Source of the DNA: Octopus bimaculoides
Lineage: Eukaryota
DNA: 64,000 nt
Assembly (NCBI RefSeq): GCF_001194135.2
Contig: NC_068981.1
Coordinates: 154,608,098-154,672,097 of the forward strand
Direction: 5' to 3'
The notes beneath the pieces are model-generated. The model was not told where the DNA came from, did no database searches, and saw only the letters and a program-made list of their open reading frames with translations. Shown one piece after another: positions 1 to 13,704 of this stretch. Each line of letters opens with the position of its first letter. Position 1 is the first letter of the stretch. The translations under genes were made by a program, and so were the position numbers.

Positions 1-625
1 TTATACAGCTGTCCTCATCCATATACATCACATGACTATATTAATGCAGTCTCCTTTCTTGCATACTACATGTGATTCTTCTGATGACCAATTTTTTCTC
101 AACACATTTGCACTTTGTTGTACAAGCACACTGATATTACATATTCAACAGGGCATAGTTACTTCATTTCTTTCTTGTCTTCACATGTCCTCTGCAGTCA
201 GGGCCCACATTTTTATAACCAGGTAGCATTGTTATTCATACACAAGCATTGTACATTCTGCCTTTCACTCTGAGAAAGAGTAACTTTTTGTTACCAACAG
301 AAATAATAGCTCTCTGAACTATATCCGTCATATTCTTATTCTAGAAACTATACTTTCAGAACATCCTCCTCCACTGATAATTAGGTTACCTAAGTTTCAG
401 AAACTATCTATTTCCTCTAGGAAGCCTCCTGGGCATTTGAGAAAATCTATTTTCAGTACATTCTTAATGTTTATTGCTCCTGCACATCTGTCACATACAA
501 AGTCTACTTTCTCCATTAACCTTCTTGTAATTCCACTGCACGTTTCGTATGTCTATAGCTTACACTGTGTACACCAATGGAGATTCTGCTTACACCTTTT
601 CTTCATATCAAGCAGAGGCATTATA
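1..625 (-). mobile_element. RTE-clade LINE fragment (RT C-terminus, decayed, runs off window start)
   Basis: Minus-strand translation contains KCPGGFLEEIDSF*NLGNLIISGGGCSESIVSRIRI and WALTAEDM with stops. It is homologous to 1620-2260. Confidence 0.85.
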
Positions 626-711
626 TATAATACCTGTATATGTGTGTAGGTGTGTATATATTTCAAAAGTATCCTTGCATTACTTGGGAAGCAATAATGT
701 CCACATCATCA

Positions 712-2260
712 TCATCATCACCATCTAACATCCGTTTTCCATGTTGACATGGGTTGGATGGTGTGACAGGAGCTAGCAAGGCTAGGAGCCATACCAGGCT
801 CCATTGTCTGTTATGACCAGGTTTTTATTGCTGGATGTTCTTCCTAATGCTAATCACTTTACAGAATGTACTGAATGCTTTTTATGTGGCACTATCATCG
901 ACAGGGTCACCAGGTTCCTTGTAAAATGAAAAAGTGAGAAAAAAGGCTAAAAACCCTTTGACTGAGAGGAGGGAGTAGTGCTGAGTGGGCAGTGGCTTTG
1001 TGCCAGTTGGCCGTATAGAGGGCCATAGATAGGTGTCTTGCTGTAGTGTAGATACATGGATACCCAGTTGGAGAGGAAAGGAGAGTCAGTTAAAGAGTAA
1101 GATTACGAGAGTGATAGTGAAAGACATGAGTCTTGAGGGGTTTGGAGAATAAATAGGTGAAGTGATAGAGGTTTTGGCTGAGTGAGTAGGGAGGATAGAG
1201 GTGACTAGCAAATGATGGAGAGAAACTTAGGAGAAGCTTAGGGAGGAGAGTTGCAGTAGTTATGTGAGGATATTGAGGATGATAGCAGAAAGGAGGTGGT
1301 TGGTGGAGACAGTAGACAAGTGAAGATTATGAGAAATGGAAGTGGTTTAGGACTGGGAAGAGAAGTAACTAAGAAAGGTGTTGGGTGTAGTATGTGCCTA
1401 ATCTGCTTGAGAAATGATGGGTGTTATGGGATGAAATGTGGGTGGGGGGATGACAGAGGCAGAGAGGATGGGGGTGAAGTGGGGCAGAGACTCTCACAGA
1501 CAAGCATTACCAAGGTGGTTTTAGGATATCAATTTTGCTGTGGTGGGTGGATCTTCTTGAGTACAGCAAGGCACCAGATATCTCAATCCTTATCTTCTCT
1601 TTCATAAGGCTCACCATCTTGAGATTGACCTTGAACACTGCATTCCATGTCTTCCTAGGTCTCCCTCTTCCACAAGTTCCATTCACTTTAAGTGATCGGA
1701 ATTTCTTTATGCAACTGTCCTCATCCATATGCATCACATGACCAAACCTGTGCAGTCTTCTAACTTGCACACTGCATCTAATTCTTCTTATACCTAACTT
1801 TTCTCAATACACTATTACTATGTTGAACTTACATATTCCTCTCTCATCTTTGCATATCCTCTACATTCAGGGCCCATGTCTGACAACCATGTAGCATTGC
1901 TATTTGTACACATGCATCATACAACCTTGCTTTCACTCGGAGACAGCAAGACCTCTGGTTGCCAACAAAGATAAAAGTTCTCTGAACTCTTCTCATCCTA
2001 TTCTTATTCTAGAAATTACACTTTCAGTACATTCTCTTCCACTGCTAATTAAGTTACCTAGGTAGCAGAAATTATCCATTACCTCTAGAGTACTTCCAGG
2101 GCATTTGAGAAAATCAATTTCCAATAGTGTATCTGGACACTTTATAGCTCCTGTGCATCTTTCACATACAAACCCTACTTTCGCTGTTAACATTCTTATT
2201 ATTCTGCTGCATTTCTTGTGTATCCATAACTTGCACTGGGTGCACCAAATGGAATTAATG
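712..2260 (-). mobile_element. 5'-truncated RTE LINE with long pyrimidine-rich 3' UTR and (GAT)n tail
   Basis: ORFs SIWCTQCKLWIHKKCS...LEVMDNFCYLGNLISSG and RRLHRFGHVMHMDEDSC...GRGRPRKTW. These are followed on the minus strand by about 570 bp of CT-rich sequence, then ccaacccatg...ggaaaacggatgttagatggtgatgatgatg. Confidence 0.85.
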
Positions 2261-2414
2261 ATCAATGTTTGATTTTATGTCAAGTTATGCATGAAAAACA
2301 ATTTAACGTTAAACTGAAGAATTATTCAATACTCTTTGGTGGAGTATATGTTTATCAAACTTTTACAAAACTAACAAACTTCTTAACTACCCTGCTATGC
2401 CTGTATATCTGCAT

Positions 2415-2446
<32 letters not shown>

Positions 2447-2878
2447 TACTATCATTATCATTTTAATGTTCTTTTTCTATGCTTGCATGGGTCAGATGGA
2501 GTTTATTAAGATTTTCTATAGTTGCATGTCCTTTCTGTCACCAACCCATACCTGTTTCAGAGCAAGGTAATATCCTCAGGCCAGATATGTTTCCACAGAC
2601 TATTGGAAATAATGAATAACACTCATTTACAACAGTCATGTGATGTCAAACAAGGAGACACAAACATACACACATTCACACTTACATATACATATACACA
2701 CATGCACACATGCACACAATGGGCTCCTTTTAGTTTCCCTCAAACAAACCCACTCACAAGGCTTTAGTGGACCCAGGGTTATCATAGAAGACACTTGCCC
2801 AAAGTGCCATGCACTGGACTGAGCCTGGAATCATGCGATTTGGAAGTGAACTTCTTAACCACACAACTACACCTGCAA
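2447..2878 (-). mobile_element. tRNA-derived SINE family A, variant A2 (RTE-type (GAT)n tail). Further A2 copies: 35440-36070 (+), 40245-40770 (+), 47385-47900 (+)
   Basis: Shared head gtggttaagaag..cttcc.aaccacatg..ttc..gttcagtcc...ggcacctt..gcaagtgtcttc, core gccttgtgagtggatttggtaga.ggaaactgaaagaagccc, a central microsatellite and the tail cccatgcaagcatggaaaa...atgatgatg. Confidence 0.85.
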
Positions 2879-2880
2879 AT

Positions 2881-2929
<49 letters not shown>

Positions 2930-3085
2930 NNNNNNNNNNNNNNNNNNNNNNNNNNNNNNNNNNNNNNNNNNNNNNNNNNNNNNNNNNNNNNNNNNNNNNN
3001 NNNNNNNNNNNNNNNNNNNNNNNNNNNNNNNNNNNNNNNNNNNNNNNNNNNNNNNNNNNNNNNNNNNNNNNNNNNNNNNNNNNNN
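2930..3085. other. Assembly gap (156 N). Other gaps: 8257-8266, 29338-29374, 58672-58681
   Basis: Runs of N, mostly adjoining microsatellites or repeats. Confidence 0.99.
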
Positions 3086-5267
3086 ATATATATATATATA
3101 TAAATGAATGAGAGACACAGGGAGAGAGATTGGAATTGCCAGTTAGACTGACAAAGGAAATAATTAAGTCTAAAGCAAGATGAGTAAACACATGATTTGA
3201 TATATAGATTAGTAGGTTTCACTAATTTATCAGAAGCAAAAAGAGAAAAATATACAAACTGAAAGGAACAAATAAGAATGTTTAATAGGCAGTCATAATA
3301 CAAGTCTTCAGACAATTCTAAAGCAGTCTATACTTGGTTAAACAACACAATTCAATATTGTCTGCTGATAAGATTCTGCTATTCACCAAACTTCTGTGAT
3401 TTTTATCCAAAGTAAATATAAGTATCTTAGACAATACTACCAAAATGATTGAATGAAAAAAAAGTAATTCTCAGTGGAATTTTGGATACAATTTCTAAAA
3501 ACCAATAAAGAACACGTTATGATGATTGTGTTTCTAGAGAGTTTTTGTTAAAAATATTCAAAGAAGACGCACTTCCTATGTACTACATTTTAAATGTGTC
3601 AAAAGTGAGAATTGAGAATCATACTTTGGGTGTCAGGATGACGGCTAAACGTGTAAAGTGTTAAATTTTTATTCTGTCACTTGGGCGATAAATAATTTTT
3701 AAAAGGAAGCCCATTTAATTTCTGAAAACAGAACAAGCATTGTGTAAGTAATTATTGTTATGTTTTGTATAAACTTTAACTCTTAACCCTTTAGCATTCA
3801 AAATACTCTATCAAATGTAATACCTATTTACTCACATTGTTTTGAATTAATCATGCATTATCTTTATTTGTTTCCAACAATGCAATGTGATGTAGGGCAG
3901 CGCATAGTTTAACAAAATAAAAGTCCTGCTGTAAGTATTGTAGATCATTATAGATTTTTTTTCATGGAACACTGACACTGGTAACTATGCAGAGAAGTAA
4001 ACCATGAAATATAGTAAGTGTAATGAAGATGAAGCTACTACAAGCCTGCATTATATTGCTGATTAATGATCAGCCAAATTAAGGATATTGTTTTGGTTTG
4101 TTTCTCTATTCACAGTTTGTGAAATTTTGTAATTTCAGTTTATTAAATGCAAAAGTTGCACAAATTTTAGAGTAGCCCTCTTGCAGTGTCAAACTTCTCA
4201 AGTCTACTTTTCATTATCTTTAACAAGTAAAGATTTTTAATCTTTTATTATTTGTAACTGTAACAACCTATTGGTTATGTCCACAAGTTAAGAGAATTAA
4301 TGAAGCATCATTAATTATTATACCATAACATGTATTTTATACAGCATTAACTGTATGACATGGCTTGTTATACACACAGACACTCATACATACTCTCTCT
4401 CTCTCTTTTTCACATGCATATACACACATGTCCATGCGCGCACGCACAGACACACACACACACACACACAAAGTAGGAATTATCTATGAAGTTCTTAACA
4501 ATTTAACCACTGCCCCTGTTATATAATTTACATGCTGAATCTTATTTAATTTCTTTCTACAAATAGAATGCAGTTTTTTTTCCTGTATACATAAGGTCTT
4601 TGATAGGTTATCAACAATGAATATTTCATTGTTTTCACTTTCTTTTACATCGTGTTCAATGTAACACATTTAATACCCAGTTAACCTTATAATTTCCATA
4701 CTTCCAAACAAATTCTTCAGAGAACTCTACCAATAATTACTACTATGTGATCTATCAACAAAAATTTTCACTTCTGATCTCAATGGATTTAATGAACAGA
4801 ACTTAAATGCATAGCTACTTTACATTACAACTTTTCAACAAATTTATTATTAATGCTGACATCACTTTTACACATAAAATTTATGTCATTGCAAGTTGCA
4901 TAAGCCATTACTTACTTTAAGATAATGCATTGCTTAGCACACTATATCACAAAAAGTGTATGAAGAATCAGAAAATTAAATTATGACAACAGTAAAACAG
5001 TTTCAGCGTAAGGTTCTAAGTTACTGAAAAGTTAGCATTAATAGTGTTAACATTAATAGTAACAGGCAAAACAAATGTAACAGCTTTTTATAAGTACCAA
5101 AGAACTGAAACTAAATCCTACATAACTTACAATACCTTTCAAATATCTTTACAAAGTATAATTTTACATAAAATGGTCATTCTATTTTGAAAGTAAAATA
5201 GTTTGTGAAATTCATTTATAATCATCATTAAAAGTTAGCAGCAATTTCAATGTGAATAACAACTTAC

Positions 5268-5369
5268 AAGAAGCACTTTAACGCAGGAGACAGCTGTGGG
5301 GTCTCTACTGCTAGCAGCCCAATGGAGGGGAGTTTTACCTTCACTGTCTGGAATGCTGATATTGGATCC
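5268..5369 (-). CDS. INVS: Inversin internal exon C (102 nt, phase 0/0)
   Basis: Acceptor ttttCAG, donor GTAAGT. Translates GSNISIPDSEGKTPLHWAASSRDPTAVSCVKVLL versus human DSNIGIPDVEGKIPLHWAANHKDPSAVHTVRCIL. It ends at the position I recall as a human exon boundary. Confidence 0.92.
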
Positions 5370-6439
5370 CTGAAAATTGATATATAGAAAATTACTATGA
5401 ATTGCAAAACAAATTTAGAAAGTTATTCTAGTTGAATAATACAATAATTCAATTAATTAATTATTAGCAACAGAAGCAGCATTAATACCAAAAAGTAATC
5501 TTTATATCCAACTTAAAATGGATGCCATGTTAGAACACTAAATATTGTCTTTATTATCCTTGAGAGATCCTCTCATATAGGGGCTTGGAGCATAAAAGCA
5601 CACACATAAATCATAGCAGATGAAATTCGTCTGTCACGGGTGCTGGAATTCTCATATCATGTAATTTCAGTCTACACCCTGAAACCCAGGAAAATACAGC
5701 TTTATAATGGTGTTCTTTAAGGAAGCTTTAAAGTACATTGGTATATAAGTATTTTGTAACAAGAATTTTCTAATAAGCTTTTCAAGGTTGTTGAGTTTTC
5801 ATTGAAATGACAATTTTAGGGTTCCTTGATAAAAAAAAAAAATGTGATTGTAATTGCAACAAGTTTTCAGATGTCCGGGATTAAAAAGCACCTTCCAAAA
5901 AGTAACATATTTTCTTTTTTATTCTAGAAAATTTGAGACCAATTTTTTTATGAGCAAAGAAGAGTATTTAGCTGAGTCTATATTGATATATCTATACTGG
6001 GATGTAATACTTTTAATAAAAAAGAAAACTAAACCCCTTTCTTGCAGGATTTCAAATTACAAATATAAGGCATCAAAACAAGATGGTATTACACATTTAT
6101 CCATTTGTGCTTGGAATTCTGTGATGCAACTGATTCACCCATTTACAATACTACCTTCAGGACACCTGCCAGCAACCTGATCACCTACCAATCAGATGAA
6201 TATAAGTGATAAATATTATCAGGATAAGAACTAGATAAACTCAGAGACACAAGATAATCTGGAAAAGGAAGGTATGGAAATTGAAAGATTCTTCGGCTTG
6301 GTGCAGGTTCAAACAATTACAATACAAGAAAAGGAGCAACCAGGAGCAAAATTAGATATACAGAAGAGAAGTTAGATGTATACCAGTATACCAGTATAAA
6401 TCACGACATCAATGGGGGAAAGTGTATATGGAATAATTG

Positions 6440-7805
6440 TGGCTCACATGTCATCACTAAAACCACAGAAAGAATTATAGAATATATGATTAGGAAGAAA
6501 ATTAATTTTGATGAGATGCACATAAATTAGTTTAGATAACTTCAAGTTTGTGCCAGGACAGGACACCATTAATGTCCTCTTCCTTGTGGCACAACTCTAC
6601 CTAGTATTTGTTAACTTGGAGAAGACCTTACCATGCTCTTTAGTCTGGTGGTCAGTAAGAAAAATTAGGTGTAGAGGAATGACTGCTGAGAACCATGCAA
6701 GAGATATTGGCACAAGGTGAGACTCAGCAAAAAATTCAGTGAGGAATTTAGTGTACAGATAGATATCTATTATGGCTCAGTTCTCAGCCACCACAGTTTA
6801 CTATAATTCTCAGTAACAAAGGAAGTCCTGAATGCCAGTAACCAAGTTCTCATATCTGAATCTGAGGAAGACTTAAAGAATTTCCAAACATAGAAACAAA
6901 ATCTAGAGCTGAGATGCTCCAAAGTAAACCAAAGCAAAGGTAAGACCATTAATTAGCTTTACTTACAGTAATGAGCAGACTTTACTGTCATCTGAAACAT
7001 TTGAGAAGTGGTCACACTAGGTATGAAGAAAGGGAGAAAGTAGGAATTACATGAACTGTACCAAATGTATACCATGGGTACATGAGATGTGCACCTGACC
7101 ATAGGTAAACTGACAAAGTAGACTTTGTATGTAGCAGATGCACAATAGTAATCAGTAGTAAGAGTGTCTGTAAAATAAATTGCTTCCAAAGCAAAGAAGG
7201 TACCTTAATAGATGTTAAAAATTTCTGTTACTTTGGTGACCTAATCAGTAATGGAGACGTATGTTCTAAAAGCAACAGTAACCAGAATAATGGAATGGAA
7301 AAAAAATCAAGATTTTATCTCTGTTGGAAATAAAGGGTTTCTTTTTTTGAGTGAATGACAGCTACACACATAGTGTGATGTTGCATGACAGCAAAACATG
7401 GGCATTGAATGTGAAGGATGTATAAAGGCTGCAAAGAAATTAAACATATATGCTCTACTTTATGTGTAATGTCAGTGTACGTGAATGATGGAAAACAAAT
7501 AAGTTGAGAAAAAAATTGGGTATTTGAAGAATCAGCTGAAGTGTGCAGGAGAGAAAACTGTTTAAGTATGGACATGTAATACATATGAAGGATGAGAGTT
7601 AGGTAAATAAGCATCAGGTGATTCCATTGGAAAGCTGCTGCAGAAGAAGAAGACTGAGGAAGACACCAGAAATGGAGAAGGCTGATCTCAAGAGATGTGC
7701 AAAAGAGATGATAAAGAAATGTAACAAATATTGAGATATTTCAGTGGCAAAAATGTGTCTAATCCATGCAAGAGGTAGAAAATGGACAAGATGATGATAA
7801 TGATG
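6440..7805 (+). mobile_element. Decayed RTE LINE (RT domain to 3' tail)
   Basis: Remnants of FGFVPG.GT and FVNLEK motifs at 6540-6630, and a VDVKNFCYFGDLIS-like segment at 7210-7250. It ends in ccatgcaag...aaatggacaagatgatgataatgatg. Confidence 0.75.
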
Positions 7806-8391
7806 AAAAATGTAGCGGACATTTAAGGTGATGATGAAATTATAGATACTGAAGAGGTAAAGATATAAACTATGATATAATGTGGTCTATCCTCTAAAGC
7901 AAGATGTCTATACATGTCTCTCCATCATACTTAAACCTCTCAGCACCAGGTATGAAGCTACCTCTCCCTCCCTAATCATCCCATCACTCTCCCTCATGGA
8001 ATTGTTTTTTTTTTCTGACTTACAATTTACTTAGCAACCTCACTACTGCTGGTGGTGTGAACAAAAGCACTCAGTACATACTGTAAGGTGGTTGGCATTA
8101 GGAAGGCCATCCAGTTGTAGTCGACATGCCAAAGCTGACACTGGAACTCAGTGCAGTTCTACAGCTCACTGGATGCTGTCAAACCGTCCAATCCATTCCA
8201 GTATGGAAAACAGATATTAAATTATCATAATTATATATATATATATATATATATATNNNNNNNNNNCTTATTCTTTGTAAGCCTAGTACTTATTCTATCA
8301 GTCTCTTTTGCCAAACCGCTAAGTTACGGGGACATGAACTCACCAACATTGGTTGTCAAGAAGCGATGGTTGGGGGACAAACACAGACACA

Positions 8392-8425
<34 letters not shown>

Positions 8426-8593
8426 TATATATGACAGGCTTCTTTCAGTTTTTGTCCACCAAATTCACTCACAAGGCTTTGGTCAGCTTGAGGTTATAGT
8501 AGAAGACACTTACCCAAGGTGCCATACAGTGAGACTGAACTCAGAACCATGTGGTTGGTAAGCAAGCTACTTACCACACAGCCACTATTGTGC

Positions 8594-8634
<41 letters not shown>

Positions 8635-8635
<1 letters not shown>

Positions 8636-8990
8636 TAGCTGACATACCTGCTAATTCCTGGGAAAGCAAGGCTTATCTCTTGGTTCCATTCTCATAATTG
8701 CTTTGCAAATCCAATAACAACAATACAAAGTATGTCGCCCTAAAAACGGTTTTTGTGTATTTACAGAGAACACTGAACTGTCTTACACAGGATCTTGTTT
8801 TTAGGAATTCCCAATAAGTTATGAATACCCAAATTGTGAAGTCAGTTATGTAATAACATGAAATTAGTTACCCGATAGTATGAATTCAAATAATGTAGCC
8901 CCAAGATCATGTGCTGGTATGAAAACAATTGCAGCGTGGAAAAATGACTTATAAACACCTTCCACGCTGCAATTGTTTATAATAAAAATA
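8635..8990 (-). mobile_element. Probable older Helitron 3' end region
   Basis: ta|ctagctgacatacctgctaattcctggg resembles the 56640 terminus. No 5' end was identified, so the extent is uncertain. Confidence 0.35.
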
Positions 8991-9167
8991 ATTTTACATT
9001 AATCTGAGGGCTCTTCTATACTTTACACACACACACATACACGTACATATGTTTTTTTATGTATGTAAAATGAATATAATACTATGCATTAAAAAAATTT
9101 GCAAAATGCAAACTTCTTCCACAAGTGAACACTTACAGGCTTGAAAAACTTCACATAAATTCCTTAA

Positions 9168-9387
9168 CCCTCCAAAATTTAAACCAGTCATATCCAGCCC
9201 AAATATTCTACCTGTTTTGTGTTCAAACTGACTAGATCTAGCCTTTCACACTTATCATACAATGTCATTCTAAAAATAAAGAATCACATCATTGAAATCT
9301 CAAAACCCCGAGATAATATACGATGAATTCAAAACAATATGGACAAATAAGCATTATGTCTGGCAGAGAAATCTGAAATGCTAAAGG
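9168..9387. mobile_element. Second copy of the piggyBac-type MITE
   Basis: Colinear with 48372-48591, with TTAA on the left and TTGA on the right. A partial opposite-orientation copy lies at 3787-3865. Confidence 0.75.
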
Positions 9388-10336
9388 TTGAGGCTGCACT
9401 GTTCTTCACTGTTGTTCTAGCTGAACACCTGAATATTTGTCTATCAATAATTAACTGTACTATATTTTATATATTTTTATAGAAACTTCTTATTGCTCAA
9501 AATGCTATATAGTCACTATGGGGATTTTAATGCATTCATTAGAACAAATGAAACTCATGGATATTCCATGGGGTTTGCTAGTGAAAACTATGAACTGCAA
9601 CTGTCTGTAATTGTGATGGTAGAGATGACTGTGAATGACAGGTAAGATAGTAAAAAAAGGGGAGGGAAAGATAGGAGAGGAAGTTGTGAAAGTATTAATT
9701 GAGGGAGTGACAGTGAAAGATAACAGAAAAAGAAACAAAAGAGAAACACTGATGAATTGATAGACATACAATCATACACATACACATGTGTGCACACACG
9801 TATACTTATGTATACATATATACAAACAATGAGAGCTGTAATAATGTATCATAGTGATGATGTTGATAGGGTTTTAGTCAATAGATGTAGTGGTGGTAAT
9901 GGTGGTGGTATTAATAGTAAGGAGTTGAGAGCAAATAGTGGACGGAAAATAAAAAATAAAAAATTGTACAATTTAACACATGCATCATAGTGTGAGTAAT
10001 TGTTGCAGTGCAATGTTGTTGCCACCACCTCATCAACTAAGACTACCAACAGCAAACAACAGCTAACACAAATAACATATAAACATCATCCTCACCACTA
10101 TCACCACCTTTCTACCATTTATCTCTTTCTTTTTTTCTCTCTGTTATGTGGATGCTAGTCTCTTCTCTTTCTCTTACTCCCTCCTCCTCCTCTCTTTCTA
10201 TTTGAATGTCATCCCTTACCATGACACAAAAAGTAGGTAGATAGGAACACACTATTTTAGTAATATATAAACACCAGTGGAACAGTTGTTGCTGCTTATC
10301 CACAAGTCTGCCTTTATTAAGCAGACCTATGATCAT

Positions 10337-10586
10337 CTAGCTTAAAAACCGCCCTATCGGGTGGCTTTTAAGGGTTCTTCATTGGACCTTGGGCAGTGAC
10401 ACTTCATGCATTGAATACACATTAAAATTTTATCAAACTTAACCAATATTTTTGAAGCAATGAACAATATTCATCAAAATGATGAGATAATTTGTCGACT
10501 TGGAACTTATTGCAAAGCTGCATGATAAGCAACATTTTTTGTCTTCCCATTTGGGGGTCAGTACGATTTTTTCGATCTAACCACTT

Positions 10587-10641
<55 letters not shown>

Positions 10642-10668
10642 ATTAATAGATAGAATAGAAGATATAGA
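10337..10668 (-). mobile_element. Short non-autonomous Helitron
   Basis: CTAG at 10337-10340 next to the hairpin ccgccc-tatc-gggtgg. The other end reads A|TC (atagat at 10664-10669). It contains (CT)n and truncates an older repeat (aagcagacctatgatca). Confidence 0.6.
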
Positions 10669-11260
10669 TGTTTAATTTTGGGGAAACTTTATTTCAATTA
10701 AAGTGTATTTTATATATGTGTGTGTGTGTGTGTGTCTATTATATATGCATGTATAGTGTTAGAGGTGGTGTACAGATATTGAATATTGAGAAAAGAATTT
10801 TGGAAAAAATAATTTTTTTATTAAGTCATTATTATTAGTGCTTTCATTCCTCTTCAGACTCGTTAAATAAAATTGTGAATGTGCAAACAGTTTGTTCATT
10901 TATATAAATCAGGTGTTTTTTTTTGTTTTGTTTAGAAAAGGAGAACATTGTTTTTGTTTTCTGTTCTTTGGGATGAGGTTCCAAGACAATAGATAGATAG
11001 ATAGATAAATAGGTAAAGAGAGGGATTTCTTTTCAATTTGGAATGTTTTTTACCATTTATTTACTTGTTTAGTTTTTTTACCATTGTATAGCTACTGGCA
11101 TGAGACATGAGTTCAAGGATGGTGACCTCTTTTAGGATGGGGAAAATAATGAAAAAAGGATGGGGTGCAGCCATCACTAAAAGCATTTTGTTTTCCTCAA
11201 GGAAGATAAGAAGTTCTATGAAAAATTAAATATATATATGTATATATATATATACAGATA

Positions 11261-11297
<37 letters not shown>

Positions 11298-11473
11298 CTG
11301 TGTGCTTGTGAGTTCATGTGTTTGGAAATATGTCTATGTCTACACTGTGTAATTTCAATGTTTTGCATTGAAAAATAAAGTCAGGTTTCTTTTAATTTAA
11401 TGTTTTTGCATGAACAAACATTAGTACAATATTTACAAATTAGAAAAATATGTAAAGTTAGGATATCCCAATG

Positions 11474-11511
<38 letters not shown>

Positions 11512-13704
11512 CATTTTCATTTTATCCAGTTTCAGCTCATGAGCTGTGGCCATGCTGGGGCACCGTATATATATGTATATATTAAAGAAAGCAAAGAATA
11601 AAACAAAAATGATAGTGTTCAGTATGCTGGTTTAATATGTTGGCCAGAGGAATTTCTGTCAAAGGAGATATAGTTAAACAAAGTTGTACATCATTTCCCT
11701 CTTTCTCTCTCTCTTATTATTACTCCCACTACCACCATCAACACTACTACTTTTAATAAAACATCAACTCTCCCTAAATTTCTTTGTCTCTCTCTCTCTC
11801 TCTCTCTCTCCCTCTCGCTCTGTCGTTGTCACAGCCCTCACCATCTCTACTATTACTCTCACCCCAGCACAAGGAATAGTAGAAGTGTCATTGAATAGTG
11901 AGAGAGGAGGTCAAAGTGTGACACACTGACAGTTTTTGCATTTATTATATTAGAAAACATTCCAGCTGTGATCAACTTTTTATTGAGACATAGTATATCT
12001 TGTACTACATTATACTTTTATTTTCAGATGGTATGGTATGATTTGAGAGAAACTTTTGCAGTTATTTCTAGTGGGCTGAGCAACTACATAGGGGATAACT
12101 CATTGGCTTAAACTAGATGAACCAGTCTGAAATATTGACCAACAGACAGATAGCTGGCAGACAAATACATATATGTAGTTGATGAAATATACTTTGAGCG
12201 ATTACTATTTTGATTCTATAGAAATTGGTATCAATGAAGTCAAATTTAATTAATTTTGCTGTAGAGAAGATTACCGAGAATGATATCCTTCAGTGGACAT
12301 TAACTTTATGAATATAAAACTATCAGCAATTTAATATCAACAATTGTAATATTTAGAGACCAAATAGCATTCAGAAATTAAATTTCTTCTTGTCACTACA
12401 TGAGGTGTATATCTTTATACTGTATTGTTATACATTTAATTGAAATAGATCAGTTAATTTCCTTTTCCAAATGACATCTTATATGAGAAATATTTAACTG
12501 CTCCACAAAAGCAACAAAACATATATATACACTAAAGTATAGATATAGCCTGGACTAATGATCACACTAAATCATATATTTTATTGCAAGTTTTGTAAAA
12601 ATCAAGAATCCAAGGAAAGTGGTGATAGTATGTAATAACAGCAATTAATTCATTGAAAAATTCCCAGAAGAATTTGAGAAGTTTAACTGCTGCTAGAAAT
12701 GAATAATCAAATGTTTTGAACTTTTGCCATTTGCCTTCTTCAGTGAACCAAAAGGTAAGGAACTCTAAAAAATCAAATTCTTCACTCTTCACAGAAACTG
12801 AATTTATCAAATTCTTTTCAGAACACTCCTGTTCATTATAACTAATACAGTATGTTAGTTGTGTGATATTAAAACCAAATGTCAATTGTGGATTATAAAA
12901 CTTTATTTCTTCCAGAATAAAAAACATAGATATAAGTTAAAAACTATAATAAGGATGCTGACAGCTATTCATTTAGACAAATACCAATTATATACAATGG
13001 TCAGTGGCAGCTCCTTTTCAAGATAAATCTGTTATATATTGTGATGCAACCAATGGCAGCTATTCATTAAAAAAGATAATATTTATATACTGTGAAATGG
13101 ACAATGATAGCTATCCATCTAGACATATACCAATTATGTATTGTGAAATATATAATGATTGGTGATTATTAACACAACTAACAATGATATATTGGGCGTC
13201 ATCAGTTATATATCTTGGTCAAAGACAGATATTCGTCTACAGGATACAAACAATATCTCCCTTTCTTCATGAGCTATAATTACAGGCATCAATGATCATA
13301 ACCTTCCATGCTCTTCTATTCCTGTATACAGTATGTTAGTGAGTCAGTGTTTCTGAAATCAGCTGGTAAGGCTGCTGAGTACCTTCTTTTTTTATTTTCC
13401 ATTGCTTTTTCTTCCTTTCAATTTCTGAGTAGTCACCAAATACTCAAGGCACTACTCATGTTGTGTCTGTTGAACAGAACCTGTTGTCTCCTCATGTTTC
13501 TGGTCTAAGGACCTTGATCTTCATCACTTTATCTGCATAGGATACCTTCAACACTCTTCTAAGAAACCACATCTTTGCACCAGTTATATACAGCGGTCAA
13601 TGGTGGCTACTCATCAATACAAATACTAGTCATATAATGTGAAGTGAACATTGACAACTATTCGTTAAGACACATATCAGTATACATATTGCAGGCTAGA
13701 CAAT

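Noticed and set aside
1-5267. Next INVS exon (NWQDYEGRTPLH-like), including candidates at 3140 (NWQ) and ORF 4484-4669
   Set aside because: Neither continues the inversin sequence. The exon probably lies beyond the window start. The preceding exon was likewise not found in 60194-64000.
12562-12927. 121-aa minus-strand ORF
   Set aside because: Its F/L/I/K-rich composition is expected from AT-rich DNA. It has no motif and no splice support, and INVS needs no exon here.
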